In this document: piece by piece, positions 23,076-35,415 of the stretch | Layout: every line of letters starts with the position of its first letter | How positions within the stretch are numbered: the first letter of the stretch is position 1 | From: Chiloscyllium plagiosum | Taxonomy: Eukaryota | DNA: 52,961 nucleotides | Direction: 5' to 3' | NCBI RefSeq assembly: GCF_004010195.1 | Contig: NC_057753.1 | Span: 13,685,367 to 13,738,327 of the forward strand | Notes under the pieces: generated by a model | Database searches by the model: none | What the model saw: the letters and a program-made list of their open reading frames with translations, nothing else | What the model was told of the DNA's origin: nothing | Translations under genes and position numbers: made by a program

Positions 23076-23390
23076 ATTATGCATCTAAACAACGTGGGTT
23101 GTGAGGAGGTTTGGTTGGGGTGGGGTGAGGGCGATGGTGAACTGTGTGTCAAGCATTGTTGGCCGAAGATGCCGATGAGCAAAATGAGTTATTAAAATGT
23201 ACTGTAAATAACTGCACCGTGTTTTTTTTCCTGCCGTTTACTTATTGTGGAGTAAACGAAATTTGAAATCTCACTCCTCTTTTCAGCATTAATAGGAGAT
23301 ATCATGCCGAGACATTCTTTCCTGTTGGCCATTTTCAAAGTGATGTTACTCCATATAAGATTATCTACAACCTCTCTCATGTTGAGGATT

Positions 23391-23680
23391 TGCTTCTGTA
23401 CAAGGTTTACTCCCGTTTCTATCAGTGTCTGAGATTGCTCAGAACTAATGGTGGGTTTGAGCAGAGGGAGATAAAGCTGAAGTGATTCTGCACACAACTA
23501 ATGGCAGAAATTCAGATGTGTCATATCCACTGTCAATGCCGATTGGTTAATTTATCGAAGTGTCACCAGGTGGGACCAGATCAACTCATAACCCTTTTGT
23601 TCAGAGAGAAAGTGAGCCTCAGATCACAGTGAGGAGAAGCTGGATGGCTTGATTTGAAACTTCAGTCCTGTTTCTCCACT
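23391..23680 (-). pseudogene. Highly decayed V relic with 23-RSS
   Basis: Acceptor-like ccttacag| at 23681; 'GYELIW' CDR1/FR2-like stretch; end 'ttc tga gca atc tca' (F-C>*-A-I-S); RSS GACACTG-23(atagaaacgggagtaaaccttgt)-ACAGAAGCA, whose spacer resembles that of the 15888 RSS. Confidence 0.5.
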
Positions 23681-24122
23681 CTGTAAGGTGATTTATCGTG
23701 TATCCGCCTTTATCCCCAACTCTCGTATATTGAAGAAGATGCACAAATCAATCGACCTTGCTCTGAATAAAAAAATAACATTAGAACAACGTCATTTCGC
23801 TGATGTACAAAAGAATAATGAACTGGGCTTTAATAGTAGTTTGACTTCTTTATCGGGGTCAATATCTGTTTTGGGAAATGAGGAATGATAAGTCCTGTTG
23901 CAATTCTAGTACCAGAATCTGCCGTTTACACACCTGCTCACTGTAAGTAATAAAAAAGACTAACCTAATATAAAGAGGAATTTAAACAGAATGTAGTGGA
24001 ATCAATATGGAAAAAAGAAAACAGTTGGGCAAGGTAATAATAAAATGTTGTTTTTATTATGCTAACAATTCATAATTCTGCCCAGTGATCTTATGCAGAA
24101 AGAGACGTAAGGGTGTCTTGCC

Positions 24123-24161
24123 GGTTTTTGCACACGCTGGCTGCTTCGCTGTGTCAATGTG
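24123..24161 (-). promoter_or_regulatory. 23-RSS
   Basis: CACATTG acacagcgaagcagccagcgtgt GCAAAAACC. Confidence 0.93.
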
Positions 24162-24471
24162 GAGCTCCGTGCACAGTAGTAGACAGCAGAGTCGGAGATT
24201 TGAGCCTCGGAGATATTTAAAGGAACTGTTTTCTTTTCCTTGTCCAAATTAGCAGAAAATCGGTCAGTGAAATCTGTGGATCTGGCACCTTGCTGCTTAT
24301 CGTATCTCTGCAGTAAATATCTCGGAGCTTCCCCAGGATACTGGATGTACCAAAAGAGAGCTTCTCCAAATAATGCTGCTGTTGTGTAACGGCAGTTTAG
24401 TATTGTAGTATGGCCTTCCTGAACGGTCCATTCAGATGGATCCTGTGAAACGGAATCTTGGCCTCCCGTTC
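24162..24471 (-). CDS. TCR alpha/delta V segment, V exon (intact)
   Basis: Acceptor ttgttgcag. TGGQDSVSQDPSEWTVQEGHTTILNCRYTTAALFGEALFWYIQYPGEAPRYLLQRYDKQQGARSTDFTDRFSANLDKEKKTVPLNISEAQISDSAVYYCARS. Confidence 0.95.
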
Positions 24472-24556
24472 CTGCAACAAATACATAAAAAAATGTTGAA
24501 AATCTGAATAGGTATATCCAATTAAACACACAATCTCAAATTTTACTCTGACTTAC

Positions 24557-24602
24557 TGGTCACCACGGCCATTATTACCAACAAAAAATACAGTAAACAC
24601 AT
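24557..24602 (-). CDS. Leader exon of the V at 24471-24162
   Basis: MCLLYFLLVIMAVVT + A|GTAAGT; 46 nt, phase 1; 85-nt intron. Confidence 0.92.
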
Positions 24603-24720
24603 GATATCTGCTTCGACCGTAAACAACATACAATAAATGGTCTGCTGACTCTTATATTTAATCTTTCCTCGGGAGATGGCCTCACTCCTTGGGAAATTGA
24701 ATAAAGCTTCCCCTTGCTGC

Positions 24721-24749
24721 GATTGGTTATGTTTTCAAATGTGACGTCA
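24721..24749 (-). promoter_or_regulatory. Perfect CRE (TGACGTCA, 24742-24749) plus CCAAT box (24722-24726) in the V promoter
   Basis: 120-145 bp upstream of the leader ATG. Confidence 0.6.
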
Positions 24750-24981
24750 ACTGTAGGGGAAACAGAAACAGTTGACGATGAAAGACAATATTCGTTCCAA
24801 TTGCATATTTTGTTGTTTTCGTATCTTTTCATTCCCTTGTTCAGTCTCACATTTTCAGGTGTTCCATCTCGGTCGAACTTACTTCTTTATCCATTGCAAG
24901 GACTCTGTTTTTTTGACAGGTTTATCCTTCTCTCGATTTAAGGTTAAAAGTCAATTCAAAATTAACGTCATACTCAGGCAT

Positions 24982-25217
24982 TAATGCTGCTGTTGTGTAA
25001 CGACAGTTCAGTGTTGTAGTATGGTCTTCCTGAACCGTCTATTCAAGTGGATCCTGGAAAACAGAATCTTGGGCGCTCGTTCCTGAACAAACATATAAAA
25101 ATCTGAATAAGTATATCCAATAAAACATATAATCTCAAATTTAACTCTGAGTTACCGGATGCTCACTGAATTGTTTTATATGAAATATAACAAGGAAAAG
25201 ATAAATAGTGACCTCAT
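24982..25217 (-). pseudogene. 3'-truncated duplicate of the adjacent V (degenerate leader, intron, FR1 to CDR1 only)
   Basis: Exon from 25082: TSAQDSVFQDPLE*TVQEDHTTTLNCRYTTAAL, after which homology stops. The intron matches 24472-24556. Confidence 0.88.
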
Positions 25218-26329
25218 TCTAAGTCAAATTATGGATTAAGAGCAGTAATATTGTGAGAGAAGCTTAGTGACTTCAGTTATTCATGGTTCTCACCACAACA
25301 ACTTCCGATTCCAACATCACTGGGTTTCCCTTTGAGATTAGATGAGCTTTGACAAATATCTTTTTAGTACATAGGCACTGGACATGGAAATTTTACAGGT
25401 AAAAATAATTAATTACGTATTATGTCGTCTATAGAAGGCAACAAGATAGAAAAGCTGAAGGACGAAACAGACCTCGGATGAAGAACTCAAAACATGAGAC
25501 AGCGATCTGAGGACAGTTCAAATCAGAGAATGGGGAGGAGAAGACGATAAATAAGAGGTTCCCCATTGATGGGAAATTCAGCTACTCTCCACTGTATGAT
25601 CATGAACAAAACCGCTGGAATTGGGCAGGGCGAATTCACAAAGAAGCGCTGAAGTCCCCAAAACCCAAAGCAGACTCATTGGTTTGATTCGCAGTCTGCA
25701 GATAGTAGCTGTAGCAGTGAAGCCAGACAAAGGGAGTGAGTGTGACGGACTGGGGACTGGGAATGCAAGGAGTACAAGCTTGAAATGGGGGTGATAGACC
25801 TTGATTTCTGCCTAAGAAGGAGTATGATTGTGTGGAACGTAGTTTTACAGATTATGAGAGAATACGTGAGCATGAAAGAAGACTGTTATGTTGGGTTTCA
25901 CGTAAGACAAGATTTGATTGCCCGTATCGATGTAAGGTTAAGGATAATTTCACTGAGCTTCTCAAAGTTACCAGGGGGTTTGATAGAATAGAGCATGCCA
26001 TATCGGCTTGATTAGCAAGAGGTCTGATAGTATGATGAACGAGATCAGGATTGATTAATTGAAAAAAAAAAACACAGTAAGCTTTATGACAAATTGAACT
26101 GTCTTCTAATTTAAAATTCACTATGTGAGAGGACGGTGGTAGCAGTTTAAATGCTAACTTTCAGAATGGTGTTAAAAGACTCGGACAAGGATTAAACTTG
26201 AAAAGCGACAGAATGTGAAAAGAACGATGGGATTGAAACTAATTACATGCCCCCTTCAAAGAACAGGCACAAGCATGATGATCCACCACCCTCGTTTTGC
26301 ATGGAAGGTTTACATGATAAGTGATCCTT

Positions 26330-26792
26330 TGTTCGTCCTCTCAACTCTTCCCATTTATTCCTCAGATACTGTGTTACTGAGAGAGTAAGATGGTCACAGA
26401 ACTCTCACCATCTATCAGCTCCCAATGAAACCTAGCAGCGCTGTGCAATTTCAATTTTCACAGGGAACCGTAAGTTCACTCAGAGCCAAGTGTGCTGCAG
26501 CGCCGTCTTCAGCTTCCGCTTGTTGTTCTGGCTCTCACCTAACTGCCCTTCCTGTTACCAAGTTACTTGTTAGATTGTTGCACCCGACACTGTGAACCAT
26601 TGAATTTTTCATGTTCCACAGTTCTTCGGGTTTTTATCGTAACATTCATGAGTTATTCTCTGTAACATTTAATAAAACTGCGAAGATTTCCCAGTTAAAG
26701 ATCTACAGGACCCTCGTCTCTGACTCTACCATTTTTTTAAGTGTCATGAGCCCGACGCTTATTCAAAGATGACAAGGTTCTGAACAAAACTC
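26330..26792 (+). pseudogene. V pseudogene of the 36954/44856 family: promoter homolog joined to the 3' half of a V and a degenerate 23-RSS
   Basis: 26653-26753 LFSVTFNKTAKISQLKIYRTLVSDSTIFLSVMSP vs RFSLTFDKTTKITELAISNAFNTDSAVYFCAMNP. RSS GACGCTT-23-ACAAAACTC (26754-26792). 26330-26580 resembles 36475-36710. Confidence 0.8.
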
Positions 26793-26949
26793 ACTCTTAA
26801 GCTTGCAGGTGAAATGCACAAGATGACACTATCGCAACAATAAACAGAAACAATGAAGCTCCAGCGGGAGTCAAGAAGAATTTTCTTAAAGGGACAAGCA
26901 CAGAGCTCAAGACGAAACGGTCAACTTTATTTGAAGGATTATATCTTTT

Positions 26950-27430
26950 TGCGAAGGTTTGTAGCTCGGGTTTAGATTAGATTACATTACAGTGTGGAAA
27001 CAGGCCCTTAGCCCAACGAGTCCACACCGACCCGCCGAAGCGTAACCCACACATACCCCTACATTTACCCCTTACCTAACACTACGGGCAATTTAGCATG
27101 GCCAATTCACCTGACCTGCACATCTTTGGACTGTGGGAGGAAACCGGAGCACCCGGAGGAAACCCACGCAGACACGGGAAGAATGTGCAAACTCCACACA
27201 GTCAGTCGCCTGAGGCGGGAATTGAACCCGGTGGATGGGATTGTTGTTTTGCCCGCTGAGCTGGTTGGTTTGTATGCAGACATTTCATTACCCTACTGGG
27301 TGACACCGTCAGTGCACCTTCCGATGAAGAGTTACTGTTCTACTCCACTCATTGATTATCTGAGCCGGTCTGTTATGATGGTTTGTGTCATTTCCGGTCC
27401 TCTCCGCAGTGGCTGGTTTTTAGCATTCAT
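26950..27430 (-). mobile_element. Penelope-derived terminal element interrupted by a SINE; hammerhead-like motif at 27277-27314
   Basis: 'tttgtagctcgggt'...'gctgagctgg...cagacatttc'; minus CTGACGG-stem-GAAA-tg-TC. Confidence 0.55.
26972..27230 (-). mobile_element. HE1-type SINE, 5'-truncated, young
   Basis: Near-exact reverse complement of 12492-12757. Confidence 0.92.
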
Positions 27431-29109
27431 GTTTACATGTCTATTGCTTGTGAGTTCAGGACGCATATGGGAAAGCAATGAACATCAGAAAACTATCTGT
27501 GCCGCTGTACTTCCCAAATTCCTCCAGAACTACTCCAGTAACTTCCATTCTCATTCCTCAGGCCAATGGCGAATACAAAATACTATTGAAGCTGCCCCTG
27601 GTAATTGCACAGTGAAGTGGGTGGATTAATAATACAAATTGTTGTTACTGCTCGGCATATGAGGTCCAAAGTATCACAACATCCGGCTCCCGTAAAGTGG
27701 AATTGCAGACTGAATAGGGAATATAATCAGAAGGTCTCACTCCCTTATCCACAACCACATGAACAGTTCTAAGAGCACACAACAGAGGGAGCATAGTTTG
27801 CTATCTTCCCTCAAGATCCTAAGTGGTGAGATAAATATTGATTGTTTATCAGTTGTCTTAAAGGTGGATTGAACAGAAGATTTATATTTGAATGCACTTT
27901 AGGCTGAGTCTCACATGTCGCAATAATTATCAAACAAATGTCTGAAGAGGTTTGCAATTATAATGAGTGGAATGTGCGGTGCAGAGACAATAATATTGCA
28001 CTTTCTTCAGTATACAAATTGAAATATTTTGTTATGGTATGTACGTTTATAAAGTTTGTAAACAAAACCCATTTTAAATTCACACGAAGCTGTCCACGAT
28101 CGAAATATTCACTTCTGACATTAACCTGTGGACATGCCAAGTGGATATAATATGTGGAAAATGCGAAATAAATACCAAAGTATGAAGAAGATAAACGTGC
28201 TGGGATTTGATTTCTAAACCAATTCACGAAAATGACGTTCGAAATCTATGATAATTGAATGAAAGATAATTTAAAGACATGTGCAAATTTCATGGTTTCA
28301 CATCCCAATCTATTCTGAACATTTGCAATGAATTCGTTGTTCATAAGTTGCTGACGCTGAGCTCCTGTTTGCAGGGACCTGCCATCACTTCATCGTGGGG
28401 TGTTTAAACATCCTTTCTTTGTTCTGTTCCCGGGGACGCTGAACAAATAAATGGGAAATGGATAAAAGTGTCCGTTTCGTGTTCATTGTTCTCCCTCACT
28501 GCAAATTCCGAGTCTGAAGAACATTACATCATCGGATCACTATAAATATTCTGCTCAGGCAAAAAGAAGAACAGCTCTCATCAGGTAGAAGTGAAATATC
28601 ATTTTATATGCAAGTTCTAGTCATATTTGTGTTCGAACATTTGGTTCAATGACAAGGAATGTCGATCTGTATTAATTGTTTTTAAGCAACAACAGATTTC
28701 GTTATGTAAGATGAGGGATCTATGCTTCCAACAAACGTCCTCCTGTAGGTCACTCACCACCCTGACTTGGAAATATATCAACATTATTTCAGTCACCGGG
28801 TCAAAATCCTTCACCTTCCGTCCCGATTGCTCTCTAGTTGCCTTCCACAACATGGACAACAGCGGTTCAGGAAGGAAGCTCACAAAAAAAGGGCAGTGAG
28901 ATATTGGAAAAAACAACTGGCATGGAAGTCCGTTGAAAGAATTTCATTGTCTTTAACATGTAAGTATCCCCCGATGAGATCACTGAATGTAGAATCGCGC
29001 GGGGAGATTCTCTTCGGTTACAGATAGTTCAACCATGCCCCTCACACATCACCTGATCTGTTTTGGAAAATTTAGGAGGTGATGCATTCTCAGGGGAAGG
29101 TAACACTGA

Positions 29110-31785
29110 CAGCTAAGTTTCTGATACCAAGACTGACTTGATTTTAACGAGGAACACGTCAGGTTCTGAGCGATTGATTGTGATAGGGGACTCTCTAGTC
29201 AGAGGCACAGACCGACGTCTCTGCGGCGAACAACCAGACATTAGAATCGTATGTTGCCTCCTTGGTGCTAGGATGAAGGATGTTTTGGACAGAGTACCGA
29301 ATATGCTCAAGGGGGAGAGGGTCCAGCAGGATGTCATTGTACACATTGGAACTAATAATATAGGAAGAAAGAAGGACAAGATACTGATGAGAGAATATAG
29401 GAAGTTAGACTGGAACTTAAACGCAGGTCTCGAGGATAATAATATCTGAATTACTACAAAAAGCACGAGCTAGTGAGGGTAGGATACGAGGACAGGGCAA
29501 ATTTAGGCTTGTATCATTAGATTCTGTTCTGGGGAAGACGTGATCTGTTCAAGGACGGATTGCACGTAAATTGCGGGGGAAAAATTCATTGGTGGGAAGA
29601 TTTAATTGAGCTGCGATGGATGATTTAAACTACTGGGGCAGCTCGCTTTGTGGGGCGGGGGAAGAACTTGGGAGATAGTGACCACAAAGCTCAGTTTGGT
29701 CTGGTATTCTTGCAAAAAGGAGCAAAGGAAACAGTAAGAGCAGGAAGGAACAAAAGAGGGTTAAGGGGAATCTAGAGGAACTCTACAAATACATTAAGGT
29801 CAAAAGAGTACCAATGGAGAGAGCCGAGTCCAGTAAAAATGAAATAAATCGCTTTTGTATGGAAACATAAGATGTTGGGGAGATACTAAGTGAGTATTTC
29901 CCATCGGTGTTGACTGTGGAACAGTTTAGGGAAGATAGAGATGGTGAAGAAATAAATAGTGACTTCCTCAAAATGTCCACACTACATAGGAGGAGATGCT
30001 ATAAGTTGAAAACGTAAAAAGATGGAAAAATCCCCAGAACATGATCAAATGTGCACTAGACTTTTGTAGGTAGCCGTGAAGTGTTTGCTGGGCAATTTGC
30101 TGAGATGTTTGTGTTATCAATAGTCATAGGTGAGGTGCCAGAGTACTGGAGTTGAGCAAATGTATTGCCACGATTTAAGAAAGCTTTTAAGGAAAAGCCA
30201 GTCAAATATAAACAGCTGAGACTGACGTCACTGTTGTACAAGTTGTTGGAGGGAATCCTGGAGAACAGGGTTCATGAAAAAATCCCCAGATCATGATCAA
30301 ATGTACACTAGACTTTTGTAGGAAGTAGTGAAAAGTTTGCTGGGCAATTTGCCGAGATGTTTGTGTTATCAATAGTCATGGGTGAGGTACCAGAATACTG
30401 GAGTTGAGCAAATGTATTGCCACGATTTAAGAAAGCTTTTAAGGAAAAGCCAGTCAAATATAAACCGCTGAGACTGACGTCACTGTTGTACAAGTTGTTG
30501 GAGAGAATCCTGGAGAACAGGGTTCTGATGTATTTGGAAAGCGAAGGACTGCTTAGAATAAGTCAAATAGCTTTGTGCATGGGAAATCGTGTGTCATAAA
30601 CTTGATCAAGCTTTTTGAAGAAGATGAGGGTAGAACGGTGGATGTGATCTATGTGAACTTTAATAAGGATTTCGACAATATTCCTCTTCGTAGACTTGTT
30701 AGCGAAATAAGATCACATGGAATGCAGAAAAAAAACCTTACCATTCGCATACGGAACTGGCTGGAAGACAGAAGACAAAGCATGTTGAAGGGTTCCTTTT
30801 TAGGAAGTCTGTGACCATCGGTGCTGTGTCCACTGTTTTGCGGCATGTATAAGAATAGCTTAGATGTGAACGTAGTAGGTATGGTTTGTAGGTTTGCAGA
30901 TGACACCAAAATTGAATATGATGGGATAGCGAAGAAAATTACCTCAGACAACAACAGGATCTTGATCACGTGGGATCATGGGCCAATGTGTGAACGATGG
31001 AGGTTAGTTTAGATAAATGTGAGGTTCTGCAATTTGGAAAGGTAAATCAGGGCAGTACTTAAACACTTAATAATAAGTGCAGGGGAGTTTTGCTGAACAA
31101 AGAGACATTAATGAAAGCGCACAGTTCCTTGAAAGTGGAATCCTAGGCCGAAAGGATAGTGAACAAGGAGTTTGTTCTGCTCACCTTTAATGGTCGGTGC
31201 ATGGAGTAGATGAATTGGGAGTCCATGTTGCGCCTGTACAGGACAGTGGCTATGCCACTTTTGGAATACTGCATGCAATTCTGGTCTTCTTGCCATAGGA
31301 AGGATGTTGTGAAATTTAAAACAGTTTTGAAAAGATTTGCAAGGATACTACCAGGTTTGGAGTGTTTAAGTTACAGAAAGAACCTGAATAAGGTGGGCTA
31401 TTTACCATGGCGTGCTGGAGGCTGAAAAGTTTATAAAATCGTGAGGGGCATGGATAGAGTGAATAGACAAGTTCTTTTTCCCCATTTTGGGAAAAAGGCT
31501 TAAGATAAGGCGTGCAAGATTTAACAAGGAACGTCAGGGGCAACGTTTTCTTTGTGTAGGTGGTGCGTTCATGGAATAGGTTGCCAGAGGAAGTGGTTGA
31601 CGCTCGTGCAATTGCAACATTTGAAAGGTATCTGGATGGGTGCATGAATAGAAAGGGTTTAGAGGGATGTGTGGAAACGTTGGCAAATGGGAAGAACTTT
31701 GTTTCGGATACCTGGATGGCATGGACGCTTTGAAGTGAAGGGTCTGTTTCCATGCTACATTTCTCTATGATTTATGATTCTAAAT
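29110..31785 (+). mobile_element. CR1 LINE relic (ORF1 SGNH-esterase region plus decayed ORF2 RT and 3' tail)
   Basis: 'LIVIGDSLVRGTDRRLCG...IVHIGTNNIG' (ORF1); 'KYKPLRLTSL', 'VDVIYVNFNKDFD', 'FADDTKI', 'LEYCMQFWS' (ORF2); tail 'ggtctgtttccatgcta..tctctatga'. Confidence 0.92.
30026..30524 (+). repeat. 252-bp direct tandem duplication inside the CR1
   Basis: 'aaaaatccccaga.catgatcaaatgt.cactagacttttgtagg...ggagaacagggttc' occurs twice; the paired minus ORFs are offset by 252. Confidence 0.92.
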
Positions 31786-31829
31786 TATGCTATAGCCAAA
31801 CTTTGTACACGTGAGAAACAATTGCACAT

Positions 31830-33000
31830 TGAGTCATCGAATCACAGGTTCGAAATGAATGATTTGGTCCAACTCATATGCGCTTGCCAGATGTTCTGAC
31901 AGAATCTAGTGCCATTTGCCATTTGGCTCGCAACCCTCGAAACTCTTGTTATTTATGTACTCATCAAAATGTCTTTCACATGTTGAATTTGTACTCACCT
32001 CCGCCACTAGCACCTTGCTCGGTACACGATTCTCCACGTGTAAATGCCCGATGGTCCCTTTCGATTTTCCCCTCTGACCCATGCCCCTTACAATTGTCTC
32101 AGCCTCCAACGTTGCAAGGAAAAAAAAGTCACCCTGTATTCAGTTTCTTCTAATTGCTCAAATCTTCCAATCACTGCAACGTCATTGCGAATCTTTTCTG
32201 TTCCCTTTCCAGTTTAACAATATCATTACTATAGGAAGGCGACCAGAATTGTGTGGAGTATTCTCAACCTAACCTAAGCAACGTCTTTACAGCGGGGAAA
32301 TGGCAGCCCAACGTTTGGCCAATGAAGGCAAACGTGTCAGTTTCCTTCTTCACGCCTCTGTATACCTGTGACTCCACTTTCAATGAATTATGCATCTGCC
32401 CTCCGTCTCCTGTTTCTTTGTTCAGCAACAATCCACAGGCCAAACTACTAATTAATTCCTGATATAGTTTGTTTTACGAAGATGTAACACCTCGTATTTA
32501 TGCAAATTAGATTCTATTTGCAACCATTCAGCTTTTGTACATCTGATCAAAGCCTAGTTATACTCTGAGATAACCTTCCTCATTGTCCATTGCACCAACT
32601 GTTTTGCTGGCTTTTGTAAACTTACTAAACATACCTCCTATTATCACATGCAAAACATTTACGTGAATTAAAAAACGCAGTGGACACAACACGCAACTGA
32701 TCACGGGTCTCCAGTCCGAAATGCAATCCTTTACCACCATCCTCCCTTCAATCCAGTTTTGCATCCAATTTGTTGGGTGCACCTGCAACCCATGATTAAA
32801 ACTTACTCACCAGTCCAACATGTGAAACCCTGTTAGAAGCCTTGCTGACGTCCGGATAGCCAGGATCTATATTACGGACATCATCAATCTTCTTTGTCAC
32901 ATCATAAAAAAACATAGTACAGTTAGTGAGGTTCAATTTCTCACGCACAGTTATGTTGATTATGCCTGATCAGATCTTCCATTCCAAGTAAATGGAAAAT
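31830..33000 (-). mobile_element. Antisense CR1 remnant, tail-to-tail with the sense CR1
   Basis: Minus 'NWMQNWIEGRMVVKDCISDWRPVIS..VLCPL.FLIHVN.L...GGMFSKF'. Confidence 0.75.
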
Positions 33001-33019
33001 CTGTTCTTCATCCAGAGGC

Positions 33020-33135
33020 TTACTAAAGATGTTACATAGCATGGTGACGAAACATCTGAAAATGAACCTTCCAGCTCAGCGAGCAGACCTACATCCAGAA
33101 ACTCAACATGAGCTACAAATCTTCTCATAACTCGC
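33020..33135 (+). mobile_element. Penelope-derived terminal fragment with decayed hammerhead (duplicate at 41920-42035)
   Basis: 'gatgttacatagcatggtgacgaaacatctgaaaatgaaccttccagctcagcgagc...gagctacaaatcttctc'. Confidence 0.55.
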
Positions 33136-35415
33136 TATTCGTGTTCTTCAGAATCCCTCCAAGAACTTCATTAACATTGATGTCAGTCACATTGGTCTAT
33201 TCCTTACTGTATTCCAATGTGGGAACAATTTCGTTAGCACTGCAATTTTGGATTCCGAGCAGAAACTGAGGAGCTTGATGTGGGTTGTCGTAATGTCCAA
33301 GTCATAGTCTCCAGGTGCATGAGATAGAAAATCAGTATTGCTGAATCAACACCATTTAACGCTACTTCTTATTCTGACCAGGATACTGAATCCCTGTTAC
33401 CCATCTCTGAAAATCAACAGCAGGCGCAACGTATACGAATGGGAAACAGAACGAAACTGATCATTCAGGGACGTGAATGGGTTACAGTGAGATGACTGGG
33501 GAACTTAGAAAGCAGATTCAAATTTCTGTTGCCAAAGCAATAACCAGAGTCTTTCAGAGATTCATCACGCCCCCCGCCCCCCAACTCCCCCCACTCCCCC
33601 ACTGTCGGTTTCTGTCTGAACTCCAGAAACAGGGACAGTGATCACCGTCTTCATCAAGCCTGGAATGGGAGAAAATTAAATCAAAAGCTAATTGGTCGGC
33701 TGGTGTGCATTTCCTTCAGGTGCATTCATAAATTTTCCAACTTGTCTTTCTGTGGAAGGGTGATGGTGATATTGCATAAGTGAACAAACATTGCCACCTG
33801 TCGGCAATGACGAAGACATCTGAAACAGATAAATAAAACCACAAACACATTGAAGATGATAGGAAATACTTAAGAGGTTGCACTTTGAGAGAAATCAGTG
33901 AGGCTCTGATTTCTGGTCTGGAACGAAACACTGTCTTGAAGATTTTCGGACGAAAACTGAACTTTCCTGACATTTACTGTTCAGCATGAGATTGTATTGA
34001 ACAGGTGTGCTTAATCTTAAAGAACTGTTTCATATGAAAACAAACAGGGAAATTACAATGAATAGTTACATCACTTTGCCCAACATCAGCATCAACAATT
34101 CATCTGGCACCAAATGCACACTATTATCTTTGTGTTGTGTTTAAATGTCAAGCTTCAAAAACATGTTTCGCTAACACTAACATATATCAGATTCTGGGAT
34201 CATAATTACCTGATGTCGTTAGTAGCTTACCCATACACATTGAAAAGAAGGGTTAGATAATTCATGTGTACAGAGAGAATTAACATTCTCCTCGAAATAT
34301 GATTAAACAAAGTGCCAGTCTCAGAGAGAGAGGAGACATTCAGGATTGAAGACGCTTAGAGAGGTATTATAGGCTACACTCATTCCGCATTAGAGTGTCC
34401 ACTGCGTGGCCAAGAAATTTAAAGAAACCACATCCGCAATGAAAAGGTGCAAGAGCGGGCAAGGTCAAGTTAGTGCAGAAGGACGATTGCAGGGATCAAG
34501 AATAGACTCAAAGCAGAGGGGAAAGCAGTCTTCATCAAGCACTCTTCACCAGACAGGTGGATGACTGACCAAAGGGGAGGACGAAGACCAAGGGAATACT
34601 TCTTTAAAACTGTGGATAGATAACATGATGGCGGGTGATCTCCACCATTAAAAAGAGACTGAAACATTCCTCGACGATAGGCCATTGTGACCTCTGGTAT
34701 TGTTAACCAGCCCAAATGTCACGGACATTTTTTTAACATAATTAACTGGTGCATTGTCTCTGAACTACTGCTTCTTCGCAAACTCAATAAATATGAGAAA
34801 TTTGCAATAAATCGTTTTCTGTGTAATTGTGATTGAAAAGCCCAGAAAAATAATTTTCTGTTGAGAACTAAATGGAGTGAATTCACAAACAACCGATGAG
34901 GACCTCAAACTCCGAATCAGACTCATAGATTTGATAAGCGGTCTGAAGACAGAAAACTGGAGACATGCAGAGGATAGTAAAGAGATAAAAGTAAAGCCTG
35001 GATTGGCGGAAATGAAAACGGAGAATGGATTTTGATTTTAGTCTAAAGCGTATGTGGAATTGTCGCTTAAGTTTTGGGGAAACAAGAAAAGTAAGAGACA
35101 TCCATTCTATGGGGTTTCGACAAAATAAGATCACTTTTTCCACATATCAAGGTAAGGTTCGAATTGAGAAATAAGTTTTAGTTGGCATGAGATTTTATTA
35201 TCACGTGTACTCAGTTTCATTAAAACAGAAAAACAGTGAAAAGCGTAAGGAGTCGCCATTCCTGACACCAAGGCATAATTCACATCAAAACCAGAAATAA
35301 AAGAAACAGAGACAAAAGGAAAGGAAACTTCCAAATCACTCCTGCCATCTCTTCGAAGAGTGCTGATGCATCCCTGAAGTCGCAAACACGCCGCCAGAAA
35401 AGGAGAGCTTTAAAG

